A stretch of 64,000 bases of DNA, taken from positions 128,001-192,000 of the forward strand of contig CAVPJU010000003.1 of NCBI GenBank assembly GCA_963705505.1, given 5' to 3'. How positions within the stretch are numbered: position 1 is the stretch's first letter; every line of letters starts with the position of its first letter. This document shows, piece after piece, positions 50,504-60,129 of the stretch. Source of the stretch: an uncultured bacterium (lineage in GTDB: Bacteria > Desulfobacterota_D > UBA1144 > Nemesobacterales > UBA2774). The notes beneath the pieces are model-generated. The model made no database searches. It was not told the DNA's origin and saw nothing but the letters and a program-made list of their open reading frames with translations. Made by a program: the position numbers and the translations under genes.

Positions 50504-50802
50504 AGTTATATAGCCATCCTCCTCCCGGATGTCCGCCGGGATTTATAGATACTAAATTTTAGCTTTACCGAGTAAATTTTATAGCCGGGGAAAAATGACA
50601 TATAGAATTCATCGTCCGGACAAACAACCGGACAGAGATGGTATATCGAGCGTAACCGTGTGGGTTCCTTTATATATTTTTCCCAACTTTTGAATGCGTT
50701 ATTACCGGGAATCTTATAATTTTTTATAGATAATTAGTATAACAGAACACGAGTCAAATCCAAACCCGAAGGTTTATTAAATCGCGCCGCAGTCTTAGTG
50801 GT

Positions 50803-51621
50803 TTATACATCATCGATATGTGAGGGATCGGGATACTTGAATTCATATTGGAGGAGCCTTTTCAGCTTATCGCTCCTAACCAACTTATAACCCGTTCTGC
50901 CGCCCTCATTGAACAGAGGGGGCTCCAACCCAAGCTTTTCCGCCTGAGCTGTATAGTATTCTTTTCTAACCGGGTGCTCGTCGGCGCATGCATTTAGTGT
51001 CTCCCCCCATACGTCGAGCTCGATGATTCTATGTATAATCCGTATGCAGTCGTCCCTGTGTATCAGGTTTACAGGCGCTCCCCCTCCGGTAATACCCCTT
51101 TTCCCGGCCAGGAACCTGCCCGGCATACGGTCATAGCCTATGAGTCCCCCGAATCTGATTACCGTGGTTTCGAATTCGGTGCAATCCCGGAGCTTTTTCT
51201 CCACAGCCAAAAGCGCCGCACCCGACGGTTTTTCCGGCAGAGCCTGTTCGTCCTCAAACACATCACGGTCAAGATCGGGATAAACGGACGTCGAGCTTAC
51301 GAAGAGGACTCGTTTAATGCGGGAGAGTTTGATTCGGGCAATCAGCGAGCCGATCTGAGCCTGATGATATTCGACGATGTCCTCTCTCCTCTCCGGGGGG
51401 AAGTCGATAACGAGGATATCGCATTTAAAAAAATCCTCGACGTTTTCACCGCTGAGGTGAGGACCGAGGACTAAATAGAAGGGCTTTATACCGTGGGACT
51501 CGATGACCCCAAGCTCGCCCGGCGTCCTCGTCGACCCCTTTAACTCATACCCTCTCCCTCTGAGGTAATCTGCCAGAGGGAGCCCGAGCCATCCGCACCC
51601 CAATACGCTTATCGTCTTCAT
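50803..51621 (-). CDS. NAD(P)-dependent SDR/epimerase family protein (YeeZ-like)
   Basis: GCGWLG, SSTSVY, RFGGLIG, VNLIHRDD. Confidence 0.88.
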   Translation of the reverse strand: MKTISVLGCGWLGLPLADYLRGRGYELKGSTRTPGELGVIESHGIKPFYLVLGPHLSGENVEDFFKCDILVIDFPPERREDIVEYHQAQIGSLIARIKLSRIKRVLFVSSTSVYPDLDRDVFEDEQALPEKPSGAALLAVEKKLRDCTEFETTVIRFGGLIGYDRMPGRFLAGKRGITGGGAPVNLIHRDDCIRIIHRIIELDVWGETLNACADEHPVRKEYYTAQAEKLGLEPPLFNEGGRTGYKLVRSDKLKRLLQYEFKYPDPSHIDDV

Positions 51622-51687
51622 ATAGTCTCGAGGACAGACCGGATCAAGTCTCCGATAAAGTCTCCGGTCCAATGAACTCGGTCGAGT

Positions 51688-52581
51688 TTAATTCGTAAGC
51701 CTATCCAGGGCTTCATGGTACTTTTCGGACGATTTTTTGACCACGTCCGGAGGAAGCGACGGAGCCGGGGGGTTCTTATCCCAATCGAGCGACTCCAGAT
51801 AATCCCTCACGAACTGCTTATCGAAACTCTTCTGCGAGCCGCCGGGTTTATATTCGTCCCTGGGCCAGAACCTGGATGAATCGGGAGTGAGGGCCTCGTC
51901 TATGAGGACGAGCTCGCCCGTTTCTTCATCGATCCCGAACTCGAACTTCGTGTCGGCGATTATTATCCCTTTTTTCTCCGCAATGTCCCTCGCTCTCGAA
52001 TAGAGCGCTATGCTCACGTCCCTTACCCTCTCCGCGAGAACCCGGCCGACCAGCTCGGACGCTCGCTCGAACGTGATATTCTCGTCGTGAGCGCCTTCTT
52101 CGGCCTTTGTCGACGGGGTGAAAATCGGGGTTTCGAGCTTCGAGGATTCTACAAGCCCCGCGGGGAGCGGTATGCCGCACACGGACTTACTCTTCTGATA
52201 TTCTTTCCAGCCTGAGCCCGTTATATACCCCCTCACGATGCATTCGACCGGAAGTGGCCTGGTTTTCTTGACAAGCATGCTCCTCCCCTCGAGCACATTG
52301 CGGTACTTCCGGAACTCCTCCGGGTAATCGTCCACATCGGTAGAGATGAGGTGGTTCGGCACTATATCCTTTGTCCGGTCGAACCAGTATCTCGATATCA
52401 GGTTGAGCACCTTCCCCTTGCCCGGTATCCCCTCCGGAAGGACAACGTCGAATGCCGAAATGCGGTCTGAAGCCACAATCAGCAATTTATCGCCGAGATC
52501 GTAAATGTCCCTCACCTTCCCTCTTCTCGGAGGCTTTACTCCCTCGAAATTAGTCTGCATTACGATACCGTCTTTTGTCAT
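51688..52581 (-). CDS. purC: SAICAR synthetase
   Basis: [45 protein letters not shown]. Confidence 0.97.
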   Translation of the reverse strand: MTKDGIVMQTNFEGVKPPRRGKVRDIYDLGDKLLIVASDRISAFDVVLPEGIPGKGKVLNLISRYWFDRTKDIVPNHLISTDVDDYPEEFRKYRNVLEGRSMLVKKTRPLPVECIVRGYITGSGWKEYQKSKSVCGIPLPAGLVESSKLETPIFTPSTKAEEGAHDENITFERASELVGRVLAERVRDVSIALYSRARDIAEKKGIIIADTKFEFGIDEETGELVLIDEALTPDSSRFWPRDEYKPGGSQKSFDKQFVRDYLESLDWDKNPPAPSLPPDVVKKSSEKYHEALDRLTN

Positions 52582-52710
52582 CGCAGGCTCCCCCTATTAG
52601 ATGGATGGCAATTCAGCAAAGGAGAATTCTAGTAAAGAAAAAAAGAGATGTCAAAGCGGTAGTATCGTCATCGGAGCGGGCAGAACCGTATTCGCTTTTA
52701 AGCCGCGGTT

Positions 52711-53001
52711 TTAGCCCCCGCGGGATATGAGTGAGCCCGTGATTTCATTCCGCAGCAGCTCCTTTATGCGCCGCTCCACCCCGGGGAACCTGCCCTTGAG
52801 CTCTCCCTCGATCATGAGTACGGCGTCAAGCTCCGTGCCTGTAAGAGTCTCGTCGAGGACCCTGAACGCGCGAGCCCGAACGTCCGGATAACCGGGTGCA
52901 TTCCCGCCCTCCCAGAGGGTTTCCGATAGCTCCTTAAGGAAATCGGCATAAAAACCGAGTATCGAGTTTATTTTCTTCCGTCTTTCGAAAACGCTTTCCA
53001 T
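52711..53001 (-). CDS. Hypothetical protein
   Basis: 96-aa ORF tightly following ORF 53008-53304. Confidence 0.6.
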   Translation of the reverse strand: MESVFERRKKINSILGFYADFLKELSETLWEGGNAPGYPDVRARAFRVLDETLTGTELDAVLMIEGELKGRFPGVERRIKELLRNEITGSLISRGG

Positions 53002-53007
53002 GACCGG

Positions 53008-53304
53008 TCATTTAGCCCCGCCAGCCGCCTTCCCCCTTTCTCTCGAAGCGTCGAGAATGTCTTTGAGAAACCACATAATGAGAAGGGGAAGATAATAAAA
53101 AAGCATTATGTATAAAGCGGTCACGGGATTGCGGTACAACACCCATACACCTGCGAAATCGAGAAGAGAGACTAGAAGCAGCACAACGTATGCCCTCTTA
53201 TAGGGGTCCGAAACCAGCCTTCTCAGAATGAGCTGTGCGCCCCTTGAAAGGAGCGTCACATTTATAAATGCCCCTGCCAGACGCCAGATCATCGGTGTAT
53301 GCAT
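53008..53304 (-). CDS. Hypothetical membrane protein (about 3 TM)
   Basis: Hydrophobic segments; AAGGAG upstream. Confidence 0.65.
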   Translation of the reverse strand: MHTPMIWRLAGAFINVTLLSRGAQLILRRLVSDPYKRAYVVLLLVSLLDFAGVWVLYRNPVTALYIMLFYYLPLLIMWFLKDILDASRERGKAAGGAK

Positions 53305-53476
53305 GCTTCCGGGGATATCTCCTTAAAGTGCGCTGTCTAACATTAAACTTGAAATTCCGACCCGAATCATTATTTTCATTATATCACCCCTCTGGAGAGG
53401 CGTGGAGTTTTGAACCCCTCTCCGGAGGAGCGGATTTAACGGAAATTTAACGGTTTTTTTATCGGGAGACAAGAAA

Positions 53477-54349
53477 ATGAACACACTTAAAAGCCTGATA
53501 CTGCTCGTCGCGCTTTCCGCAATTCTGATGTGGATAGGCGGAGCTATAGGAGGGAAGCAGGGTCTGATAATCGCTTTCGGATTCGCGATGGTAATGAACT
53601 TCGCCAGCTACTGGTGGAGCGACAAGATCGTCCTTTCCCTTTACGGGGCCAAAGAGGTTAAATACGAGGACGCTCCCCAGCTTTACGGCGATATTCAGGA
53701 GCTCGCGCAGAGAGCGGGGCTCCCCATGCCGAGGGTATATATCACGCCCCAGGAGCAGCCGAACGCCTTCGCGACCGGCAGGAACCCCGAACACGCCGCT
53801 GTGGCGGTTACGCAGGGCATTTTGAGGCTCCTCAGCCGCGAAGAATTGAAGGGAGTGCTTGCCCACGAGCTCACGCACGTTAAGCGCAGGGACATACTGA
53901 TCGGGTCGATTGCCGCGACCATAGCGACAGCCATCACGTACCTCGCATACATGGCACAGTTCGCAGCCATCTTCGGGGGCGGCGGAGGCGGGGGGGACAG
54001 GGACAGGGGCGGAAACCCAATCGGGTTGCTGGTCATGGCCATAGTGGCCCCTTTAGCGGCCACCATAATCAGGCTCGCGATCTCCAGGACGAGGGAATAC
54101 GGCGCGGATGAGGGCGGAGCCGAGATTTGCGGGAACCCGATATACCTTGCCAACGCTTTGAGAAAGCTCGGAGCGGCTTCCGACAGGATACCTCTCAGGG
54201 TGAGCGAGCAGGTCGCCGACAGCACTTCCCATATGCTTATCGCGAGCCCTCTTTCGGGCGGGGGACTGTCTTCTCTATTCAGCACCCATCCGCCTATGGA
54301 AGAGAGGATAAGAAGGCTCGAGGCTATGGCTGCAGGAATTTCCGTATAA
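53477..54349 (+). CDS. htpX: Zinc metalloprotease HtpX
   Basis: [31 protein letters not shown]. Confidence 0.95.
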   Translation: MNTLKSLILLVALSAILMWIGGAIGGKQGLIIAFGFAMVMNFASYWWSDKIVLSLYGAKEVKYEDAPQLYGDIQELAQRAGLPMPRVYITPQEQPNAFATGRNPEHAAVAVTQGILRLLSREELKGVLAHELTHVKRRDILIGSIAATIATAITYLAYMAQFAAIFGGGGGGGDRDRGGNPIGLLVMAIVAPLAATIIRLAISRTREYGADEGGAEICGNPIYLANALRKLGAASDRIPLRVSEQVADSTSHMLIASPLSGGGLSSLFSTHPPMEERIRRLEAMAAGISV

Positions 54350-54405
54350 CGGAGTTTTCCGGACCGCGGTTACGATCCGGGATGTCTGTGTATATCAGTG
54401 AAGTT

Positions 54406-56457
54406 TCATTCCATCCCGTTATTCTCGAGATGCGCGGAAACGTTCTCCCACCTGTCGTATAATTTCTTTAATTCCTCGTTCAGCCGGCTGAATTCCGCAG
54501 ATGCCTCGGCAGAGCGCTTGTTGTCCCTGAAATTATCAGGGTCTGCGAGGAAGGCCTCCACCTCGGACATCTTCTCTTCGGTATGACGTATTCTTTGCTC
54601 TAACTCCGAAAGTGCGGATTGAAGCTGCCTGCCCGTAAGCTCGTCCCAGTTCTCCATGTTCTCAATGCCGCGATCTCTCAACTCCCTGTAAAGACGGTTA
54701 CGCTTCTCGGCTTCGAGCCTTTTGGCTTCATTAATTTCAGCAGTTTTATTTTCGGTCTCATTAATTTTGCCGGGTTTTCCGTTATTACCCGCTGTGACGC
54801 TCCCGGGCGTATCAGTCACGGACGTCTCTCTCAGACCCTGATGGTATCTGAACTCCGAATACGTGCCCGGGTAAGTAACGATCCCGCCCCTTTCCGCATA
54901 CCAGATCTTATTCGCCACGCGGTCGAGAAAATGCCTGTCGTGGCTCACTACCAGAAAAGTCCCCTTATATTGCCTGAGCGCTTCGATAAGCACATTTCGA
55001 GACTGTATATCGAGGTGGTTCGTGGGCTCGTCGAGAACGAGGAAGTTCCTGGGAGCGAGCAGCGTTTTGGCGAGCGCAACGCGGCTCTTCTCGCCCCCTG
55101 ACAATACGGCCACTTTTTTATAGACGTCCCCTTCTGAAAACAGGAATGCGCCTAAAAGAGACCTTATCTCCGTTTCATGACTCCCGCCCGATGACGACTC
55201 GAGCTCCTCGATTATCGTCTTTGAAGGGTCGAGAGATTCCGCGAGGTGCTGCGCAAAGAACGTGACGGAGACGTTATATCCTTCCTTCCTCTCCCCATCG
55301 AAAGGCTCCATGCCGATTATCATCCTTGCGAGGGTGCTCTTCCCGGCCCCGTTTTTTCCGATGAGCGCGATCTTATCCCCCCTCGACACCGTGAGCGGAC
55401 CCGCGTCCCTGAATACCGAAATCTCCCCACCGTCCTCGTCTCCGTACGATTTGGAGAACCGGGAGAGCTCGAGCACAGATTTTCCCGAGCGGCCGGGCTC
55501 CGGGAACTTAAAATGCATGACGGCGTCGTCCGAGGGGGGAGCCGGAATCCTCTCGAGCTTCTCAAGCGCCTTTATACGGCTCTGAACCTGCTTTGCCTTC
55601 GTGTTCTTATACCTGAACCTCTCTATGAAGCGCTCGGTTTCCCTTATTTTCCTCTGCTGGTTCTCGTATGCCGATCTATGCGTGTCGAGGCGGGACTTTC
55701 TCTCTATTAAATAAGAGGAATAATTGCCGGAATACTCCGTTATACGCCCCATGTGCAGCTCAGCTATCGTATCGGCCATCCGGTCGAGGAAATACTGGTC
55801 GTGGGATACGAGTATGACCGTCCCCTTGAATTCCTGAAGGTAATTCTCGAGCCAGTCTATGCTTTCTATATCGAGATGGTTGGTGGGCTCATCGAGAAGG
55901 AGCACGTCGGGCTTCACCAATAGAAGCTTCGCGAGCGCTACCCTCATCCTCCATCCCCCCGAGAATGTGCCGAGCGGCTTATTCAGGTCTCCCGGCTCAA
56001 ACCCGAGCCCCAAAAGAAGCTTCTCCGTTTCATACCGGACAGTATGGAAGCCCCTGGCATTGAGTTCGTTCTGAATCGCGTCAAGCCTGAGGAGGAGCCT
56101 CTTGCTCCCGTCCGGGACCCGGTCGCTCGTGCGGCCGAGCTCCTCTCTGACAGATTCCATCTCACGCTCGAGCGCCTGAATCTCGGCGAATGCGGTGAGA
56201 CCTTCCTCGACGACCGTCCTCTCCGGGACCGAGTCGCCGACCTCCTGCGGAAGGTAGCCCACTACCGTATCCGGAGGGAATATCACCGTTCCCGAATCCG
56301 CTTCGGTGAGACCGGCGATAACGTTAAGCAGGGTCGTTTTCCCCACGCCGTTGGGCCCGAAGAGGCCAATCCTCTTGCCGTCCTTTATATTCCAGCTGAG
56401 GTTTTTGAATATCTCTCTTGACCCATACGAGAGGGAAATATCGTCGAGCTGTATCAT
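54406..56457 (-). CDS. ABC-F family ATPase
   Basis: Two NBDs (GPNGVGKT/SGGWRMR/DEPTNHLD; GKNGAGKS/LSGGEK), linker FIERFRYKNTKAKQVQSR, coiled-coil tail, no TM. Confidence 0.93.
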   Translation of the reverse strand: MIQLDDISLSYGSREIFKNLSWNIKDGKRIGLFGPNGVGKTTLLNVIAGLTEADSGTVIFPPDTVVGYLPQEVGDSVPERTVVEEGLTAFAEIQALEREMESVREELGRTSDRVPDGSKRLLLRLDAIQNELNARGFHTVRYETEKLLLGLGFEPGDLNKPLGTFSGGWRMRVALAKLLLVKPDVLLLDEPTNHLDIESIDWLENYLQEFKGTVILVSHDQYFLDRMADTIAELHMGRITEYSGNYSSYLIERKSRLDTHRSAYENQQRKIRETERFIERFRYKNTKAKQVQSRIKALEKLERIPAPPSDDAVMHFKFPEPGRSGKSVLELSRFSKSYGDEDGGEISVFRDAGPLTVSRGDKIALIGKNGAGKSTLARMIIGMEPFDGERKEGYNVSVTFFAQHLAESLDPSKTIIEELESSSGGSHETEIRSLLGAFLFSEGDVYKKVAVLSGGEKSRVALAKTLLAPRNFLVLDEPTNHLDIQSRNVLIEALRQYKGTFLVVSHDRHFLDRVANKIWYAERGGIVTYPGTYSEFRYHQGLRETSVTDTPGSVTAGNNGKPGKINETENKTAEINEAKRLEAEKRNRLYRELRDRGIENMENWDELTGRQLQSALSELEQRIRHTEEKMSEVEAFLADPDNFRDNKRSAEASAEFSRLNEELKKLYDRWENVSAHLENNGME

Positions 56458-56497
56458 AATGATTTAATTCGGGGAATTGTGAGAAGCCTTTGATTAT

Positions 56498-56848
56498 TTA
56501 TTTTTTTGTAAATTCGAGTTTGGTCTTGATATAATCGAAATCGGTCTCGGGGACCAGAGTAAGCTTTCTCCTGTCGTCGCTGAATTCGTAGGAGAAAGTC
56601 ACTTCGCTCCCGCTGTCGAATTTTAAAACGAGTGTATGATCGTCGTAGCTGTATTCTCCTTTGAGGTTGACCGAAATCGTGCTGCCCGCGACGAATTTGA
56701 ACGAGCGGTCGCTTTCGAACTCGAGCTCGAACATCCCCGCCTTCCACTTGCCCTGAAAGGGATTGAAGAGACCCTTCATTACATCGCACCCCGTAAGCGT
56801 GAGTGCGAGCAGAGAAAATAAAGCTACGAATCTTAGAAGCCCCCGCAT
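56498..56848 (-). CDS. Putative beta-rich lipoprotein
   Basis: Lipobox LTGC; GKW...GEY pattern. Confidence 0.7.
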   Translation of the reverse strand: MRGLLRFVALFSLLALTLTGCDVMKGLFNPFQGKWKAGMFELEFESDRSFKFVAGSTISVNLKGEYSYDDHTLVLKFDSGSEVTFSYEFSDDRRKLTLVPETDFDYIKTKLEFTKK

Positions 56849-56885
56849 TTTCCTGTATTCTCCAGCTGCTCTACAAGCTATCAGT

Positions 56886-57389
56886 TTAACTGACCGGCAG
56901 CAACCCTAACATAAACAACGTCATATAAGATATACCAAGGGATATCAGCACTGCAAATGTAAATACATATTTATTGAGAAGGGACAAGTAATTACCGTTT
57001 CGCCAGAGGAAAACGACACCCGACAGACTCACTGCGCCGAGCGATATGCCTGCGTAGAAAAGAATGAGAAGATGGAACATCGCCATCTGGACCGGATAGA
57101 GGCCTACCATGGCGCTTGCGGGGAATACAGCCGACAATATAAGCGCGGACACGAGTATGAAAATAGTTTTCCTGACCCTGAAAGGCATACTCTCTCTCAT
57201 TTTCCTCGATCCGCCTCGGAGAGACACCGTATAGACAATAAGACTGAGAATAATTTGAGACCCGAGGAAGACCGGAAAAAGCGTCAGATTGAAGAAGGGG
57301 TGCTCGTACTTGAATAAGGCTCCGAAGAAAATATAAAATAAGCATGCGGTAAGCGTGGAAATCAATATGAAATATAAGCCCTTCAGCAT
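56886..57389 (-). CDS. Hypothetical membrane protein (about 5 TM)
   Basis: Multiple hydrophobic helices; ATG 57389 chosen. Confidence 0.65.
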   Translation of the reverse strand: MLKGLYFILISTLTACLFYIFFGALFKYEHPFFNLTLFPVFLGSQIILSLIVYTVSLRGGSRKMRESMPFRVRKTIFILVSALILSAVFPASAMVGLYPVQMAMFHLLILFYAGISLGAVSLSGVVFLWRNGNYLSLLNKYVFTFAVLISLGISYMTLFMLGLLPVS

Positions 57390-57539
57390 AGTCGAGCCGG
57401 CCCCGGATAATAGGGATAAGAATAATGCGGAAATACGTTTCTCAAAGAAATATTTTTGATGACTTTCAGAGCAAGCTTGCTTTTTCCGCAGGGGCAAATA
57501 TCTTTAGCTTAACCAAGGCTCGGGCTTAATTCCGAATGT

Positions 57540-58244
57540 ATGAACCGTAAAAGACCCCTGATCGGCATAACAACAGACATCAAGGACGGGAATTTCGTTA
57601 TCGAGGATACGTACGCGCGCGCCGTAGCGAAAGCAGGGGGAATCCCCGTGCTCATACCGTCTATACCAGCGGACCCGGAGCTGTTGCAAGAAACCGCAGC
57701 CCGGATAGACGGTCTTCTGCTCCCGGGCTCGAGGGACATGGACCCCAAATTTTACCACGAGGAGCCCCATCCGAAACTGCGTCCTATGAGCATCGAGAGG
57801 ACCAAGACAGAGCTCTCGGTACTCAAAGAAGCCGAAGAGAGAGAAATCCCCGTTCTCGGTATATGCGGCGGAATGCAGCTCCTGAACGTGTTCTTCGGCG
57901 GGTCACTCTACCAGGACATCTCCTCACTCCTCCCCGGCGCATTGGCGCATGAAAAAGGAGCCGTTCACGATGTAGTGCTTGAGGATGAAACGCTCCTGCG
58001 CGCGATTCTCGGGACGAGGGAATTTCCCGTAAAAAGCTATCACCATCAATCGGTGAAGGATATCGGGATTGGGCTAAAGGTATCGGCGCTGGCGCCCGAC
58101 GGGGTCGTGGAGGGGATAGAGCCCGAAGGCGCGCGATACTTATTGGGCATACAGTGGCACCCGGAGCGCGAGGACACGGAGTTTTCCGACCGTATATTCA
58201 GATCGTTTATCGAAGAATGCGGCCTGAGAAAAGCGGGCAGATAA
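57540..58244 (+). CDS. Gamma-glutamyl-gamma-aminobutyrate hydrolase family (peptidase C26)
   Basis: PLIGIT, LGICGGMQ, SYHHQ, DGVVEG, IQWHPE. Confidence 0.9.
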   Translation: MNRKRPLIGITTDIKDGNFVIEDTYARAVAKAGGIPVLIPSIPADPELLQETAARIDGLLLPGSRDMDPKFYHEEPHPKLRPMSIERTKTELSVLKEAEEREIPVLGICGGMQLLNVFFGGSLYQDISSLLPGALAHEKGAVHDVVLEDETLLRAILGTREFPVKSYHHQSVKDIGIGLKVSALAPDGVVEGIEPEGARYLLGIQWHPEREDTEFSDRIFRSFIEECGLRKAGR

Positions 58245-58262
58245 GTAGAAAATTGATAATAG

Positions 58263-58733
58263 CTATTTCGGCCCGCTCTGCTTAAGGAGCGTCAGGAACT
58301 CGGCAAGAGTCCCGGGAGCGTCCGCAGAAGAGCCTACGATGAACCCGGCTATCGCGGCCGTGAGGCCCGACTCGAGCGGATACCTGTTAATGAAGTCCAA
58401 CGGGTCGGATGCGATGCCCGTCTGCCTGGGCTCGGGTTTGAATTTCACTCCTCCGCCACCCTTGATATAGCCCGTAACGAGCCCGGCAATCAACACAAGC
58501 ATGAAAGCAACTGTTATTGCGGCGGCCCCGCTTATGAGCGCAGCCATGTAAGGGTTAAAAAAAGTGCTCAGATAGAGGTATAGGGACCACACGATGAAAC
58601 CTAATCCTAAAACGGCTATCACGGACGCTATGCAGAAGACGATGAATAAAACCAGTATCCTGAGGAGCATCGACCGCACCGCGCCATAGTCGGGTTTGAA
58701 CGAGCTTAAAAGCAGATTTATTATGTCCTTCAA
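58263..58733 (-). CDS. Membrane protein (YqjE/holin-like), partner of DUF883
   Basis: Two TM helices plus tail; follows the DUF883 gene. Confidence 0.6.
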   Translation of the reverse strand: MKDIINLLLSSFKPDYGAVRSMLLRILVLFIVFCIASVIAVLGLGFIVWSLYLYLSTFFNPYMAALISGAAAITVAFMLVLIAGLVTGYIKGGGGVKFKPEPRQTGIASDPLDFINRYPLESGLTAAIAGFIVGSSADAPGTLAEFLTLLKQSGPK

Positions 58734-58744
58734 TTCGCCCGGAC

Positions 58745-59038
58745 CTACCTGTGGTCAAAAAGTTTTCCAAGAACAAGACCGATCAAAAAGGCGATAAGGA
58801 GACTCATAAAGGGCTTTTCCTGAATCTTGTGCTCCACGGTATCGACCGTTTCCCTGCCTTTATCGCGTGCCGACTGAAGATCGAACTTTAGCTCCTCGAT
58901 CACTCTTTCCTTAGCCGTGTCCGTCTCGTTCTTCCCTCTTTCGAGTAGCGACTTCGCAATCTGTGACAGATCGGCTCTCAGCCTCGTGACGTCTTCCCGT
59001 AACGTTTCCAAATCTTCCCCCAATTTTTCCTGACCCAT
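58745..59038 (-). CDS. DUF883 (ElaB/YqjD) family tail-anchored protein
   Basis: L..LREDV..L coiled coil; IQEKPFMSLLIAFLIGLVLG. Confidence 0.85.
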   Translation of the reverse strand: MGQEKLGEDLETLREDVTRLRADLSQIAKSLLERGKNETDTAKERVIEELKFDLQSARDKGRETVDTVEHKIQEKPFMSLLIAFLIGLVLGKLFDHR

Positions 59039-59175
59039 GACAATCACCTTCCACGTTTTGATTTATTAATAATATTAACATCTTTCAGCGCAAAATTAAA
59101 CTAATTTTTTCGCACGGGCGGGTTTTTTTAAGAGGGAGCAATACGGAATTTTGAAACTATTGCAAGCAGTTAAAC

Positions 59176-60030
59176 CTAAGGTGCGCCGTCATATCCTGAG
59201 AGCCGGGCGATCTGTTCGAGGGGCATTGTACCCTCATAATACTTTCCGTTAATCTCCCACGTCGGATAATTCTCTATCCCTTTGGCGAAACAAAGCGAAG
59301 GATTCGCGTTTGGCCCCTTGGGATGGCATTCGACATAAGTTACGTATTTAAAAGCATCTCCGAAGAGTTTTTTCTGTAAACTACAGTGCGGGCATTTGAA
59401 CGAGCCGTACATCACGGCACCGTGCTCACTCAAATACCTTGCAAGACCCAGCTGATACTGATTTGCAGGTTCCGAACTGCCGGACAGGAGGTCTCGCGTT
59501 TCGCCGAACTTTTCAGCCTGCACCATTGCGGCGCCCAGGACGACAGCCGCGGCAACGGCCAGGCTCAGCATCAAAGTAATAGCCGGGGACAATTTCGGGT
59601 TATACTCGGATTTGGCCGCAAGAAGAGCTATAAAAATTATGGTCATCAATACGGCGGAGAAGATGCAGTACATGCACATAGCTTTTATAACGAACAATTC
59701 GAGGTATGTGAGGTATGCCGAGAATATGAATCCGGCCAGGGCAAATATATATAGCAATAGCCACTTCGTGCGTTTCGCGACGGATATTACGGTCAGAATG
59801 AAGATAACCGAGTAGCCGACAACGCCGATTGCGGCAACGGGAATGCCCAGGACCGTGGAGAAAGCGCTCTGCCTGACAGTATCGCAATCGGAGCCCGACG
59901 CACAAAATGCAGCCTGTGTCTGTGTAAAATATAGAAAGGCAAGGTACAGGGAAAGAAGGACACCTATCGCCGAGAGCGTCAAAACTACTGGTTTTAAGTA
60001 ATTGCCTTTTGTTTTTTTACCCGAACTCAT
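59176..60030 (-). CDS. Vitamin K epoxide reductase fused to a thioredoxin-like domain
   Basis: C.SGSDC..V, CMYC in TM segment; CPHC, YVEC, YPTW. Confidence 0.9.
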   Translation of the reverse strand: MSSGKKTKGNYLKPVVLTLSAIGVLLSLYLAFLYFTQTQAAFCASGSDCDTVRQSAFSTVLGIPVAAIGVVGYSVIFILTVISVAKRTKWLLLYIFALAGFIFSAYLTYLELFVIKAMCMYCIFSAVLMTIIFIALLAAKSEYNPKLSPAITLMLSLAVAAAVVLGAAMVQAEKFGETRDLLSGSSEPANQYQLGLARYLSEHGAVMYGSFKCPHCSLQKKLFGDAFKYVTYVECHPKGPNANPSLCFAKGIENYPTWEINGKYYEGTMPLEQIARLSGYDGAP

Positions 60031-60129
60031 AATAAAACCGGAAATTCCTCCTAAATTATAACCAGCGGGCCGAAATTTTCACCCTAAAAAAACCGGACGA
60101 CCGAGCGATCTAAAATGATACCCCGAGGG

